This document shows, one piece after another, positions 52,343 to 64,000 of a DNA stretch of 64,000 nucleotides. Location of the stretch: NCBI GenBank assembly GCA_964016885.1, contig OZ024740.1, positions 149,792,001-149,856,000 of the forward strand. Reading direction: 5' to 3'. The position numbers and the translations under genes were made by a program. The stretch comes from Eledone cirrhosa. Its lineage: Eukaryota. The notes under the pieces are model-generated. The model saw only the letters and a program-made list of their open reading frames with translations, was not told where the DNA came from and searched no databases. Position 1 is the stretch's first letter. Each line of letters starts with the position of its first letter.

Positions 52343-53614
52343 ACAAGAGAGAGATATCAACACACCAGACAGAGAGAAAAAATCAAGAGAGAGAAATATA
52401 GAGATAGAGAGAGGGGGAGAGAACGAAAACCTCTAGGCATGTCATATTAAGTTAAGTTAACAATTGAGATGAAAGGAATAAATAAAATTAGAAATATTAA
52501 TATTCATGAATGGAATATACATATATAATATGAGAAATTAATCATTGTTTAACTAGGATTAGATATTTAGTTTAAAAATTGAGATCAATATATTAAAAAT
52601 TGGAATTTAAACATTACGAAATATATATATTGCTAGAGAAATTACCTATCATATAACACGTACACACACGCAAAAATACACATAAATATATATATATATA
52701 CACACTCAGAAAATACACATTATATCTACTCCCGTATATAATATATACATACAAAGCATAAATGATTTTTTTTTTTATTAATGTTATACATCCCTTGTGT
52801 TATTAAATAAAAAAATTTAATATATATATATAAATATATAGGATTAGCTTTCATGCATTTATGGTTGTTAAATTATGCCTATCTGCAATCAAATTGTATG
52901 GGTACACATGTACATGTACACACACAATTCTTACATATACATATATAAACATGTGTGTGCATCCTCACCCAATTGGTAGACACGCGTCACTCATGCATAT
53001 ATACAGACAGACATATATTCATAAAAATGCATATAACACATGTATATGTATGTTAATACACACATATACATACATACTCGTATAGAGATAAGTATACATC
53101 AATATATTACATAGTATAATTGAGTACATAAAATACAAAAGGATTATATTTTGGAAATATAATTATATCAATATAACTTAAAAACAAAAGAATTCTAAAA
53201 TATTAAAATATTTTAAAATATTATAGAATATTTTAAGTTAAAATAATATGTTTAATAGATTTAGTATAGAAATTTATCTTACGTATATTTTACTCAAGAT
53301 ATTGAAAGGATAAACTTTCGAAAATTATGAGAAGCTATCAGAATAAAAACAAACCTAATAAAAAATAAATAAAATATAAAAAAATATAAAAAATAAAAAT
53401 ATGAAAAATATAAAAAATATAAGAAATAGGAAATATTTTCTCCTTTCAAGAGCTCTCAATATATTTCTCTAGAATAGTTTATTATATTTATATTTATATT
53501 TAGGAAGAAAATTTATTTATACTTGAGTACTTAACCAAAGAAAATGAAAAAGGTGAAGGAATCTAATGATTTATCGACAGGTTTCATATATTAACCAAAT
53601 TACTTAATTAATTA

Positions 53615-55140
53615 TACTACATTTTAAATTTATATTTAGATTTAAACGTTGAGTTCAATCTATGTCTGCAGCAACTGAATACATTATTCCTTAAATTTAG
53701 GGAATTTTTGGTCTTTAATATAAAGAATATTTCCTCTATACAAAGATCGCAATTTTCTGAAGAGGAATTAAAAGGAGTAGCTTTTGAAATAATATTCCGA
53801 ATCAGCGAATATTCAACATTATCTCGTTTTAGGTCCCATAATAGGCTAGATAGCGAAGTTGAAGATTTTTTGTTTGGATCTGTAAAAGAATTTTTATAAT
53901 TATTGAAGCGGGATTTAAACTCTGTGGAGGTAGAACCGACATAATTAAATGAATTTAAATTAGTTTTTACATTACAATTATAAACTACATTTCTAGCTAA
54001 GCAATTGTTATTTAACGGACAGTTGGATTTATTTCTAGTTACAATTATTCGATTGAATATTGCTTGGGTTATTATTGGTATTTTGGTTAGGTTTTAAATT
54101 TCTATTATTAATTCTATTAATATTTTGCGCTAAATATTTGGTGGAAGAGTAAGTTAATTTTATAGTATGTCTATTAAAAATTGAGTAATATCTATGTGTT
54201 CTAGGGAAGCGTTTGTCAAGAGCTTTAAAGAATAGTTTAGCAATAGGGGTTTTAATATTTAGTGAGAAAGGAGGAGCGAACCATACTATATTCCTAGTTC
54301 TATTTCTTTTTCGGCTTTCGGAATTATTGTAATGTTTTCTATTATAGTTGTTAAAATTGTTACCATAGTTAAAATTGTTATTATTTTGGTTAGTTTTTAT
54401 ATTATTATTATTATCGATGTATTTAATTTTATTTCTATACCCAGCTCTACCTAACGCTTCGTTGTAATAATGCGCTTTTTCATCAAATATATTCTTATTA
54501 GATGGAATTCTCGAAATTCGTTCTTGTACAGAGTTCACTATAGTATTTTTAACGGATCTGGGGTGATTAGAGTTAAAATTGACATAATTTAAGTTCTCAT
54601 TTAGTTTGTGAAATGGATAATGAAGACATGTGTTAAGATTTAGTGTTACATCTAGAAAATTGACTATTTTATGGTTATTCTCTATTTCTACTTTTAGATT
54701 AAGGTAATTAAAAAATTGTATAATTTGTTTTCTTTTTCTATTTAGTTCACAGCTATTATTTTCTATAAGTAAAAGCATGTCGTCACGATATAAACCTCCG
54801 GTTACACCTGGTATTTTTCTATGTAGAGAATTAATTATAAATAGGCCCACAAGGTCCGTTACCTGAGCTGAGTCGGAAGATCCCATAGTTATGTCGAAAT
54901 TATTATTTCTATCTGCCCTAGTCCGGAGTTGGTTATTAAATTCTATTAATGTTTTCCGTGCCGATAATATAATGTGCATTTCATTGCTAGTTATGTCTGT
55001 ATGTTTAAATTCTTTATCTCTCCCTTTCTTTCTCCACTTTTCTCTCTCTCCGTCTTTTTCCTTCTTAACACAACGACTTACTAAGATAAACAAATCCACT
55101 ATCCCTGATGTCTTCCAAAAGTAATGGTTGCATTTTGAAA
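53615..55140 (-). mobile_element. 5'-truncated Penelope-like retroelement (Naiad-like), frameshifted before the GIY-YIG domain
   Basis: FDITMGSSDSAQVTDLVG, GGLYRDDML, VNFLDVTLNL, WFAPPFS. After a frameshift near 54036: CPLNNNC..NVVY...YVGSTSTEFKSRF...CDLCIEE...CRH. Confidence 0.9.
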
Positions 55141-55179
55141 GGGTATGTCAATATTTATTTATAAAACTGGTATATATTG

Positions 55180-55244
55180 TATTTTGTCTGATGAAAGCAT
55201 ACCATAATTTAACATGGTATCATTGAAATATGTATAATAAAATA
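55180..55244 (+). ncRNA. Type I hammerhead ribozyme in an inverted repeat piece 5' of the PLE
   Basis: TATTTTGT-CTGATGA-AAGCATACCAT...ATGGTATCATT-GAAATATGTAT-A-ATAAAATA. Confidence 0.72.
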
Positions 55245-55371
55245 GATATGGTTTTATAAATATAGTTTCCATTTGTTAATATCGTATATTTACTCCAAAT
55301 ATTTGTCGAGTGCTTTATATCAGTTATAAAAATATTTGCTTGTTGTATCCCAACAATTTAAATAGAACTTT

Positions 55372-55418
<47 letters not shown>

Positions 55419-55655
55419 TCCAAAAAGCCCGCATGTAAGTCTTTAGAATATACATTTTAAATAGTGAGCACGCAGGACAAAGACAACTAAAAAAATTGAA
55501 AGTCACTACGGTTTCAGTTTATATAGAGGTCGATGTCGTTCATTCCAGTGCACTTTCGGACATAACACAACAGGTAGAGACAAGTTATACCTTCAGGCAA
55601 ATTACACAAATATACAAAAGAGAATAAGGACAGTAGCCCAATATGCAGACAAAGA

Positions 55656-55688
<33 letters not shown>

Positions 55689-56130
55689 AATATATATACA
55701 TAAATATTGAGTGTTAGGATCAGCGTACAATGCTGCGTATCAAGAGTGAATGTATGTGTGAAAGACATATGCATTAGTTGCACAAGAACGGAGTTAATAG
55801 AACGTAGATCTAGCTGCTTTCTCAGAGACTTCACTGTTAGATGATGGCCACCTTGATTAAGTTTGAAATAGTTACCTTTTCTGGCAGGTGATGTATAACT
55901 ACGGTTGTTTTAAGGAAAATATATCTAACGTTTTTGAATTAAAAGCTTCGCTGACAAAAGAAGGTAGTGTAAGCACAGTTGCAATATTCTTTCCGAATGC
56001 AGATTATATTTTTTTTTTAAATCGCAAGGAAGCTGGTGTTAGATTTGCTATCCTTTCTGAAATTAGAAGCGCTTCATATCTCTATAAACAAACGATACCT
56101 AAACACTTACTCTAATCAGTTCTTATTCAA

Positions 56131-56190
56131 AATCATCTGAAGGAGTAAGACGTATCGACCTATGAAACGTCTATTAAGGTATGAATGATT
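56131..56190 (+). ncRNA. Degenerate HHR (A9G)
   Basis: AATCAT-CTGAAGG...GAAAC...ATGATT; stem I pairs, stems II and III are poor. Confidence 0.35.
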
Positions 56191-56324
56191 CAGCTGTGAA
56201 TACAAATATCAACTTTCACATTGTATTGATTATACTCTTGATTCGTTTGTGCCCGCACCTCTATACAGACATAAATTTTACTAACACATCCAGATATTCA
56301 CACATACTCACACGCACACACACG

Positions 56325-56410
<86 letters not shown>

Positions 56411-56411
56411 A

Positions 56412-56494
<83 letters not shown>

Positions 56495-56495
<1 letters not shown>

Positions 56496-57494
56496 TTAAG
56501 GTAAATATTGATGCAATTCAATTCAAGCACTCAACCTATTTTTTCCACATAGGAGTTACGGAGTATATATCGAATAAGAAAAAGCGAAGTAGTTTCAGAT
56601 GTTAAAGGTCTTTATTGATAATGCTGTGATACATATTTCAATGGCAACACTGGCCACACGGTTCCGTGCGCCAGTGCCGCGACATCGTCAGACAACTTGT
56701 TACATAATAAGGTTATGTTTCCGAGGCAATCCAAATTGAACCGACATGGGAACGGACAAAGCATTTGCTCTTGAGTTCTTCGCCCGTTCCCTTGTGAGTA
56801 CCAATTCACCCCAACCGGTCTGCGCAGGCGCAGGTCCGAAGGAAGTTGACCATCAACTACTGCAGAGTTTTACGAAACTCGCCTAGGCAGTTCCCCCTCT
56901 CAACCAAACAATGACCCCATCCAGGCCTGTAATATGACACGGTTATAGCTTACTGCTAGCCACCCTGTTAATGGCAGCCGGCCGAAAGCTAGTGGGGTGG
57001 GAGAGTATGAGTATCAATAGGTCTCAATACTACCCTAAATTAAGCATGGACAGTAGAATTGACCATCAACCTCTAAGAGAATATATACTTATTTCTAGGT
57101 ATTATGGTTTCACAGTGGAAATTATGAATGAGAGTTGGAAATTAAAACTAAAAATTAAAAACCAAAAATCAGAAGTCAAGAATTAAAAAATTACAAGTTA
57201 GAATTTAGATTGAAGTGAGTAAAAAATATATTTGCACATATAATAACTAATAAATAGAGATATGTTTAAGTTATAGTAAGAAGTTTTGAAAGCTGTCTAA
57301 CGATGTCGCGGCACTGACGCACGGAACCGTGTGGCCACTGTCGCCATTGAAATATGTATCACAGCATTATCATTAAAGGACTTTAACATCTGAAACTACT
57401 TCGCTTTTTCTTATTCGATATATACTCCGTAACTCCTATGTGGAAAAAGTAGGTTGAGTGCTTGAATTGAATTGCATCAATGTTTACCTTAAGA
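56495..57494. repeat. Inverted repeat with ~200-bp arms (56495-56698 and 57290-57494), each with an HHR
   Basis: Reverse-complement match is directly visible. Confidence 0.88.
56623..56696 (-). ncRNA. Type I hammerhead ribozyme with GC-rich extended stem II (mirror copy 57292-57365 + has G5A)
   Basis: GTTGT-CTGACGA-TGTCGCGGCACTGGCGCACGG-AA-CCGTGTGGCCAGTGTTGCCATT-GAAATATGTAT-C-ACAGC. Confidence 0.75.
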
Positions 57495-58065
57495 ATTTAG
57501 CTCCAAGACGTTGAGCACTCTATGATGTAACCGATATAGTGGAGAGGAGAGGAACCAGCCACCAGCTACACCCGGAAATTCCCTCTACCATGGGGATGGA
57601 AATCCCTGATACTGGACGGACATAAAATTATAAACTAACTTTCGACAGGATAAATACGCGGAAATTAAAACAACGATAAACCCCTATTTTCCTGCAGCTA
57701 ATTGTATTTGAACAGAAGCCCCCTCACTTCACCAGATAACAAATCTATATATGGACAAATTGACAATCATATTAACCACGTATACCCTCATTTCCATGCA
57801 GTTTACCTCCCTGGTATATATTTCTCATATATATCTCCTATCTCATATTGCATCTATGTATTGTATGTATTTTTTGTATTTGTTGAGAATTTTTGTGTAT
57901 CTTATATTTGTATTTTGGGGTTTGGTTCCATGTGATAGAAATACTAACTATGTATTCGCCTAACTACTACCTTTCATACTGTAATTTACCCTCCGTTCTA
58001 CTGTACGGTACTATCCTTCAATATGTAGATAATGTATCTGTAGCATTGATCCCCCTTTCAAAACT

Positions 58066-60510
58066 TCTGGGGTATCTGACGGACATTTGGGTCTCTGATT
58101 AGCTGTCGGTGCACCTGTGCACGTTCCGATAGTGCATTTCCAGTTTGACCGACATATAGTTCTTCACAATTCGGGCATTTAATGCAGTAAATTAGATTTC
58201 TGCTTTTGCAGTTCATATTTGCATTTGGGAATATTTTTCCAGTTTTTGTGTTCATATATTGACCAGTGTGTATGGATTGACATGTGCCACATCGACTATC
58301 ATTGCATTTAGCTACAGTGAATGATTGGTCTTTGTTGTTAAGGTCAAACTTTGCCTTTGTTAATAATTGCTTCAAATTGTTAGGCTGTCTTTTACTAAGA
58401 GTCAAAGATCGGTCTGTTATTAAACCTTTTAATTCATTACTTTGAGCAATCATCGGTAGGTTTGCTTTGGCAGTGTTGAAGATATTCTGGTGACATGGGT
58501 TGTGTGTCATTATAAATGGTGTGACCAGTTCTTGGTTTCTTCTTCCTTGGGTTGTCCTAAGTTGTTGTATAGGTATTTTTATAGCCAGTTGTATGCCATT
58601 TTCTATAAATAGAGATGGGTATTTTTGTTTGAGCAAAAATTCTCTCAGTTCTGTTAGGCGTTTGTTCCTGGTATTCGTATCTTCTACAATGGAACAAATT
58701 CTTCTGGCTAGGCAGTATGGGATGTTGCGTTTTGTATGAGGTGGATGACACGACTTCAAATTCAGATATTGATGGGTGTCTGTGTGTTTATAGTATATAT
58801 CCGTGGTAATGGTGATGTCGTTTTGATTACCATTATATCTAGGAATGGTAATTTGGTATTACTTATCTCTTTTGTGAATTGGAGAGATGGGTGTAGGTTA
58901 TTCAGGAGGATATTGAACTCATCCAGAGTATCTAGATATTCTGTCCAGATGATGAAACAGTCGTCAAGGTATCTCTTCCAAGACTTTTCAATGTACTTTC
59001 TAAATTCAGTGCTATATTTTTCCTCTATTTCTTTGTAGAGTTGTTGTTATAAGTATCCCATTACAGAGTTCGCGTAAACGGGAACAAACTTCGTTCCCAT
59101 CGCTGTGCCTCTAATTTGAAGTCGTGTCATCCACCTCATACAAAACGCAACATCCCATACTGCCTAACCAGAAGAATTTGTACCATTGTAGAAGATACGA
59201 ATACCAGGAACAAACGCCTAACAGAACTGAGAGAATTTTTGCTCAAACAAAAATACCCATCTCTATTTATAGAAAATGGCATACAATTGGCTATAAAAAT
59301 ACCTATATAACAACTTAGGACAACCCAAGGAAGAAGAAACCAAGAACTGGTCACACCATTTATAATGACACACAACCCATGTCACCAGAATATCTTCAAC
59401 ACTGCCAAAGCAAACCTACCGATGATTGCTCAAAGTAATGAATTAAAAGGTTTAATAACAGACCGATCTTTGACTCTTAGTAAAAGACAGCCTAAAAATT
59501 TGAAGCAATTACTAACAAAGACAAAGTTTGACCTTAACAACAAAGACCAATCATTCACTGTAGCTAAATGCAATGATAGTCGATGTGGCACATGTCAATC
59601 CATACACACTGGTCAATATATGAACACAAAAACTGGAAAAATATTCCCAAATGCAAATATGAACTGCAAAAGCAGAAATCTAATTTACTGCATTAAATGC
59701 CCGAATTGTGAAGAACTATATGTCGGTCAAACTGGAAATGCACTATCGGAACGTGCACAGGTGCACAGACAGCTAATCAGAGACCCAAATGTCTGTCAGA
59801 TACCCCTGAGTAACCATCTAGCAACATGTGGTCAGAAAACATTTATAATATTTCCATTCTAGAAATTACACAGCCCAAATGAAATCAAGAGAAAAATTAA
59901 AGAAAAGAATTTTATTGATAAATTCCAACTAAAGCTAAATTAACAATAATAATGCTTAGGGGTATTACTCCTACTATGACTACGCTTACGATCATGTCGA
60001 CTACCACCACTAACAACAACAACAATAATAATAATAATAAAAGTGATGTTGATGGTGATGATTACTGAAGATTTTTTATAAAAACCCTAAAAAATGCTAT
60101 TTTCATCATTTCTAAAAATAGCAAAACAATTGATGCTTTGGATAGGGTCAAATAGAAGTCGTTAGACATTCTCAACCAACTGTGACGCCTAAACCAATCA
60201 GCTTTGGTAATCTAGTTAAACTACACACTGATTGGTCGAAATACAGTTTGTAAAACTTAACATTCTGTAGCCCATTTTTACTGTATATAAGGCACAAAAT
60301 TTACCCATCTCATTACAGTTGAAAACTGCAAACTTGACTGACACCAATGAATATGAACCCGAAGATTGAAGATTGCGAAAGCATGAAAGCACTTGTTCAA
60401 TTAACAGTTAACATTTAATATTCTACCATACTATTTCATTATAATATCATTATAATTTTAAAGGATTGTAAATAAAACGAGTAAATCAGACAAAGTTGGA
60501 ATTCCTTTTA

Positions 60511-60515
<5 letters not shown>
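58066..60515. mobile_element. Neptune-like PLE with a large inverted 5' duplication: minus-strand part 59115->58066, plus-strand part 59116->~60515
   Basis: Minus strand GTAMGTKFVPVYAN...WKRYLDDCF...LPFLDI...SCHP. Both arms carry C...RCGTC...C.SRNLIYCIKC..C...YVGQT. Arms ~695 bp, nearly identical. Confidence 0.9.
60354..60399 (+). ncRNA. HHR in the PLE 3' end with a 7-nt internal duplication
   Basis: TGAAC-CCGAAGA-[TTGAAGA]-T-TGC-GAAA-GCA-T-GAAAGCACT-T-GTTCA. Confidence 0.6.
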
Positions 60516-60557
<42 letters not shown>

Positions 60558-60561
<4 letters not shown>

Positions 60562-61347
60562 ATAATAATAAATTTTAAGACTAAAATCCAAAGAGGGCTC
60601 GATAAGGATAAATATATATCAAATATATAAGAACCGTAGAGCAAATATTTATTAAAATAACAGATTAAAGTTTAAGCAAAGTATCGCTGCTTTCACCCTT
60701 AACGGGATCTTCTGAAACTAACAAAGTCAATCTGTGAACGCAGAAGTGAATATTTCAAAATACGGTGCAACCGGGGGAAGACAGGAAGACGATACTTTGG
60801 TTCGTGGAAACGTTCCTTGGCAAAGCACGGGAAAAAACTAATATAATACGTCATTATTTGGAGCGGAGAAAAACATTTACACGCAAAGACAAAAACCACG
60901 TTTATGGTATAAAAGAAGTCGTAGACTAATATTCTATTAGGTAGTTCATAGAGACGTTCTCTGGCAATGAACGGAAAAAACGAAGATAATACGTCATATG
61001 TGGAGCGTGGAGAACAATTGCACGCAAAGACAAAACCACGTAAATGGTATAATTGAAGTCGTAGACTAAAATTCTAACTAAGAAACCGAATGATTCTCGG
61101 CTTCAGAGTTAAGAATAACGTAAATAAAATACAGAGGTAATTGAAATTAAATAAATACATTCACGCATCCATATACGTACATACACAAGCATACGCGAAA
61201 ACGCTCGCCATAGGTATACAAATACACGCACGTACACAAAAAAACAAAAAAACCCGCACGCACATACAGAACCCACGCAACGCCTGTACCCGCACGCATA
61301 CGAATGTATACACCAAATACACATAAAGATATATATATAAAAAAAAA

Positions 61348-61397
<50 letters not shown>

Positions 61398-62838
61398 ATA
61401 CATATAATTAAATAAACGTATATAAATAAATAAATAAATAAATACGTATATAACCAGCGCACACACATACCTACATGTAAATACACATATGTTCGGATAC
61501 GTACGTCAACCAAAACACAAAGTACACATATACCCACACCCTACGTACGTACGAACCCGCATACTCACACAGACAAAAAACTTACGTATACACAACCAAA
61601 AGCATATGTACAAGAATATATAATATATACGCTAAAACATATAAATCAAATATACATACGAGAAAGTATACGTACCTTTACAAAACATACAGGTAATATA
61701 TACTTACCTATACAAATAAGTAATGGTATAAACATAACATATACTTAGCTACCACATCAAGACGTAAAAAATCCGCGTTTGGTTCGTACTATCCGTTAGG
61801 GTATAATTTGGGGCTGTAATACAGGAAAGTTTTGTGCAATTTATGTTTACAAGCCGAAATTGCCTCAGATTTTTTGTTTAAGATGTGGTCTTTGGCGTAG
61901 AGTATTTCCAGGGCCTCAGCGGCGCAGAGGTCACATGGTCTTTTATTTCCGTTATACCATCTAGCCTTAACTAGGATCTCCCAGTGTAACTTATATTGGG
62001 TGTGGTTGTGTTGTAGACTCCAGATATAAGCTGAAAGTGACATCATATTCCTTCTTGAAGCATTACGAAAAGAATGGGTAAGCATGAAAAGACGCTGCTT
62101 GAATCTATTGGCGGTTAACCCTATGTAGGCCCTATGGGACGTGGTTGTTTCAAACTTACATTTGTAGACAATGTTACTAGAGAGGCATTTCCCGGATAGG
62201 GGGCAGTCAACCCGATTCCTACAATTACAGTTAGTACTAACTACAGGGTTGCACGTGTTCCTACGGCTAGGTAGTTTAGCTAAATTTGAAGCTGTGATGT
62301 TATGTGCAAGGTTAGGAGTCGTAGAGTAAGACATTTTAATAGTATTTCTATTAAATATTTTACTATATTTATGTGTAGGGGGAAAATGCTTCCTAATAAG
62401 GGAGAGAAAGATCATAGCTAATGGTGTGGCCACCTCCATATTATATGGTGGGCTATACCATATAATACGTCGGGATCTATTTCTTCTAGGTCTATTCTCG
62501 TACTCTGTATATGCTACCTTATCGTCAAATCCGCTCCGAGCAAGAGCTTCATTGTAATAAGTGGAATGGTCGTTGAAAATATGCTCGTTAGTAGATAGAC
62601 GAGAAAGCCTCAAAGAATCGTTTCTTACCAGGTTCTTGGTTAAGTTGGCAGGGTGGTTATAATGCTTACTTATGTAATTAAGCGTATCATTCGGCTTTCT
62701 ATACGGGTAGTGAAAGCCATTCGCTGGCGCCCATACTCATGTCGAATGGGGTACTATTAGATTTTTTAATCCAAATAGATTCGTCGAAATTAATCACCGA
62801 CTTACGGGCATTGAGGATGACATCAAATTCGAAATCCT
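60558..62838 (-). mobile_element. Second copy of the PLE family at 10826-13252, with intact GIY-YIG region (ORF 61789-62613) and rearranged 5' end
   Basis: Protein and 3' UTR are highly similar to the 11-13 kb copy; NIVYKC...AYIGLTANRFKQR. Confidence 0.92.
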
Positions 62839-62904
62839 GCGTGCGTGTAAATATCTGGATGTGTTAGTAAAATTTATGTCTGTATAGAGGTGCGGGCACA
62901 AACG

Positions 62905-64000
62905 AATCAAGATATAGGTAAGATTAGTAAAGTGATCCTCGACAGAGTACTACTGGAGCTTAATAGAAAGGCTAAGGTCTGCCTCTGGGGCAACACCGAC
63001 CAGGTCATAAATTGGTTCACCGAGTTGCCGGATAAAGCCACCCTGAAATTCATCCAGTTTGATATAGATAGTTACTACGCTTCTATCTCCCCCATACTCT
63101 TAAATAAGGCACTTATCTTAGTTAGATCTAAAACTAGCCTCACTAAAAAAGAAATAGACATAATTCTAGCGGCGCGTAGAACCATTATCCAGTTCGAAGG
63201 CTCCCACTGGACCAGAACCAACCGTCCTGATAACTTCGATGTCACGATGGGGTCCAGTGACTCAGCGCAAGCAACTGACCTGGTCAGGATATACCTCCTA
63301 CATAAGCTTAGGGAAGAGATACCGGCCTTACAAGGAGGTGTATATAGGGACGACGCCCTGCTTACCGTCAGGAACCATAGCCCCCGTAGGATAGAGAACC
63401 TTAACAAACATATACACAGGTTCTTCAAGTCATACGGCCTATCCGTAACTATGGACCTCAACCACAGGGTTGTCAACTTCCTGCACGTGACCCTGGAGTT
63501 GAGTACGGGCTTATACAAGCCATACCATAAGCCTGGAGAGTGCCTCACTTATATTAATTATGCCTCCAACCACCCTAAGCAGACTCTCAACTCCATAGTC
63601 TATAGTATCTCACATAGAATCTCGACGCTATCCGCCAATGAGGATATCTTCAACCAAGCGGCAGATTACTAAAATAGGGCCTTGATAAGCGCCGGCTTTA
63701 ACCGAGGAATTTCCTACATCCCTATCGCTAGCTCTAGAAACCACCCCCCTCATAAAACGAACATTATAGTAAGCCATACCTATAACCGATCACGCGGCGA
63801 CCTCGTTCAAGTCGGATATAATAGAATAGATAACCGCCTAAAGATCACGACCCGGCGACGGTGAACACTGTAGACTACTCGAACTTTTCCCCTATTATAA
63901 AACCAACAAAGGCGGCGGCCTACTACCAACGCCTTCCAACCAACATCTTCGTGTACATAAACATGGAAGAGGTAGGAAGAGTACACCCGAGCATAAAGTG
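62905..64000 (+). mobile_element. Penelope-like RT fragment (Naiad-like), running to the window end
   Basis: DIGKISKVILD, LWGNTDQVINWF, FIQFDIDSYYASI, FDVTMGSSDSAQ, GGVYRDDAL, YASNHP; premature stop at 63672. Confidence 0.9.

Noticed and set aside
46553-62613. Selenocysteine recoding, reported for some Naiad PLEs
   Set aside because: Conserved Cys positions in the readable ORFs use normal Cys codons, and the breaks I inspected are frameshifts or TAA/TAG stops. No SECIS was recognised by eye.

Overview
This is AT-rich, microsatellite-dense eukaryotic DNA. An invertebrate, probably an octopus-like cephalopod, is inferred from the repeat style only. Host genes are confined to the first 16 kb, all on the minus strand: an intronless secreted CE4 chitin deacetylase-like gene and two paralogous small CBM14 (peritrophin-A) chitin-binding genes. 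The rest is a transposon graveyard dominated by Penelope-like retroelements (PLEs; RT plus GIY-YIG, several families, many inverted or palindromic). It also holds a decayed RTE-type LINE, a decayed Ty3/Gypsy pol, a mariner, a hAT/Buster transposase relic, non-autonomous Helitron-like elements and tRNA-type SINE fragments. The main result is a 5.4-kb tandem array (26393-31790) of a ~429-bp unit in which every complete unit carries a minimal type I hammerhead ribozyme (HHR) on the minus strand. There are 12 copies, arranged in a 5-unit higher-order repeat with patterned core mutations, which makes it a non-LTR retrozyme-like array. About 20 further HHR motifs are scattered in PLE terminal repeats, with unusual variants (U4A/U4C cores, U.U at 10.1/11.1, very long stem II insertions). 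All calls were made by eye without database searches or folding software, so boundaries are approximate.
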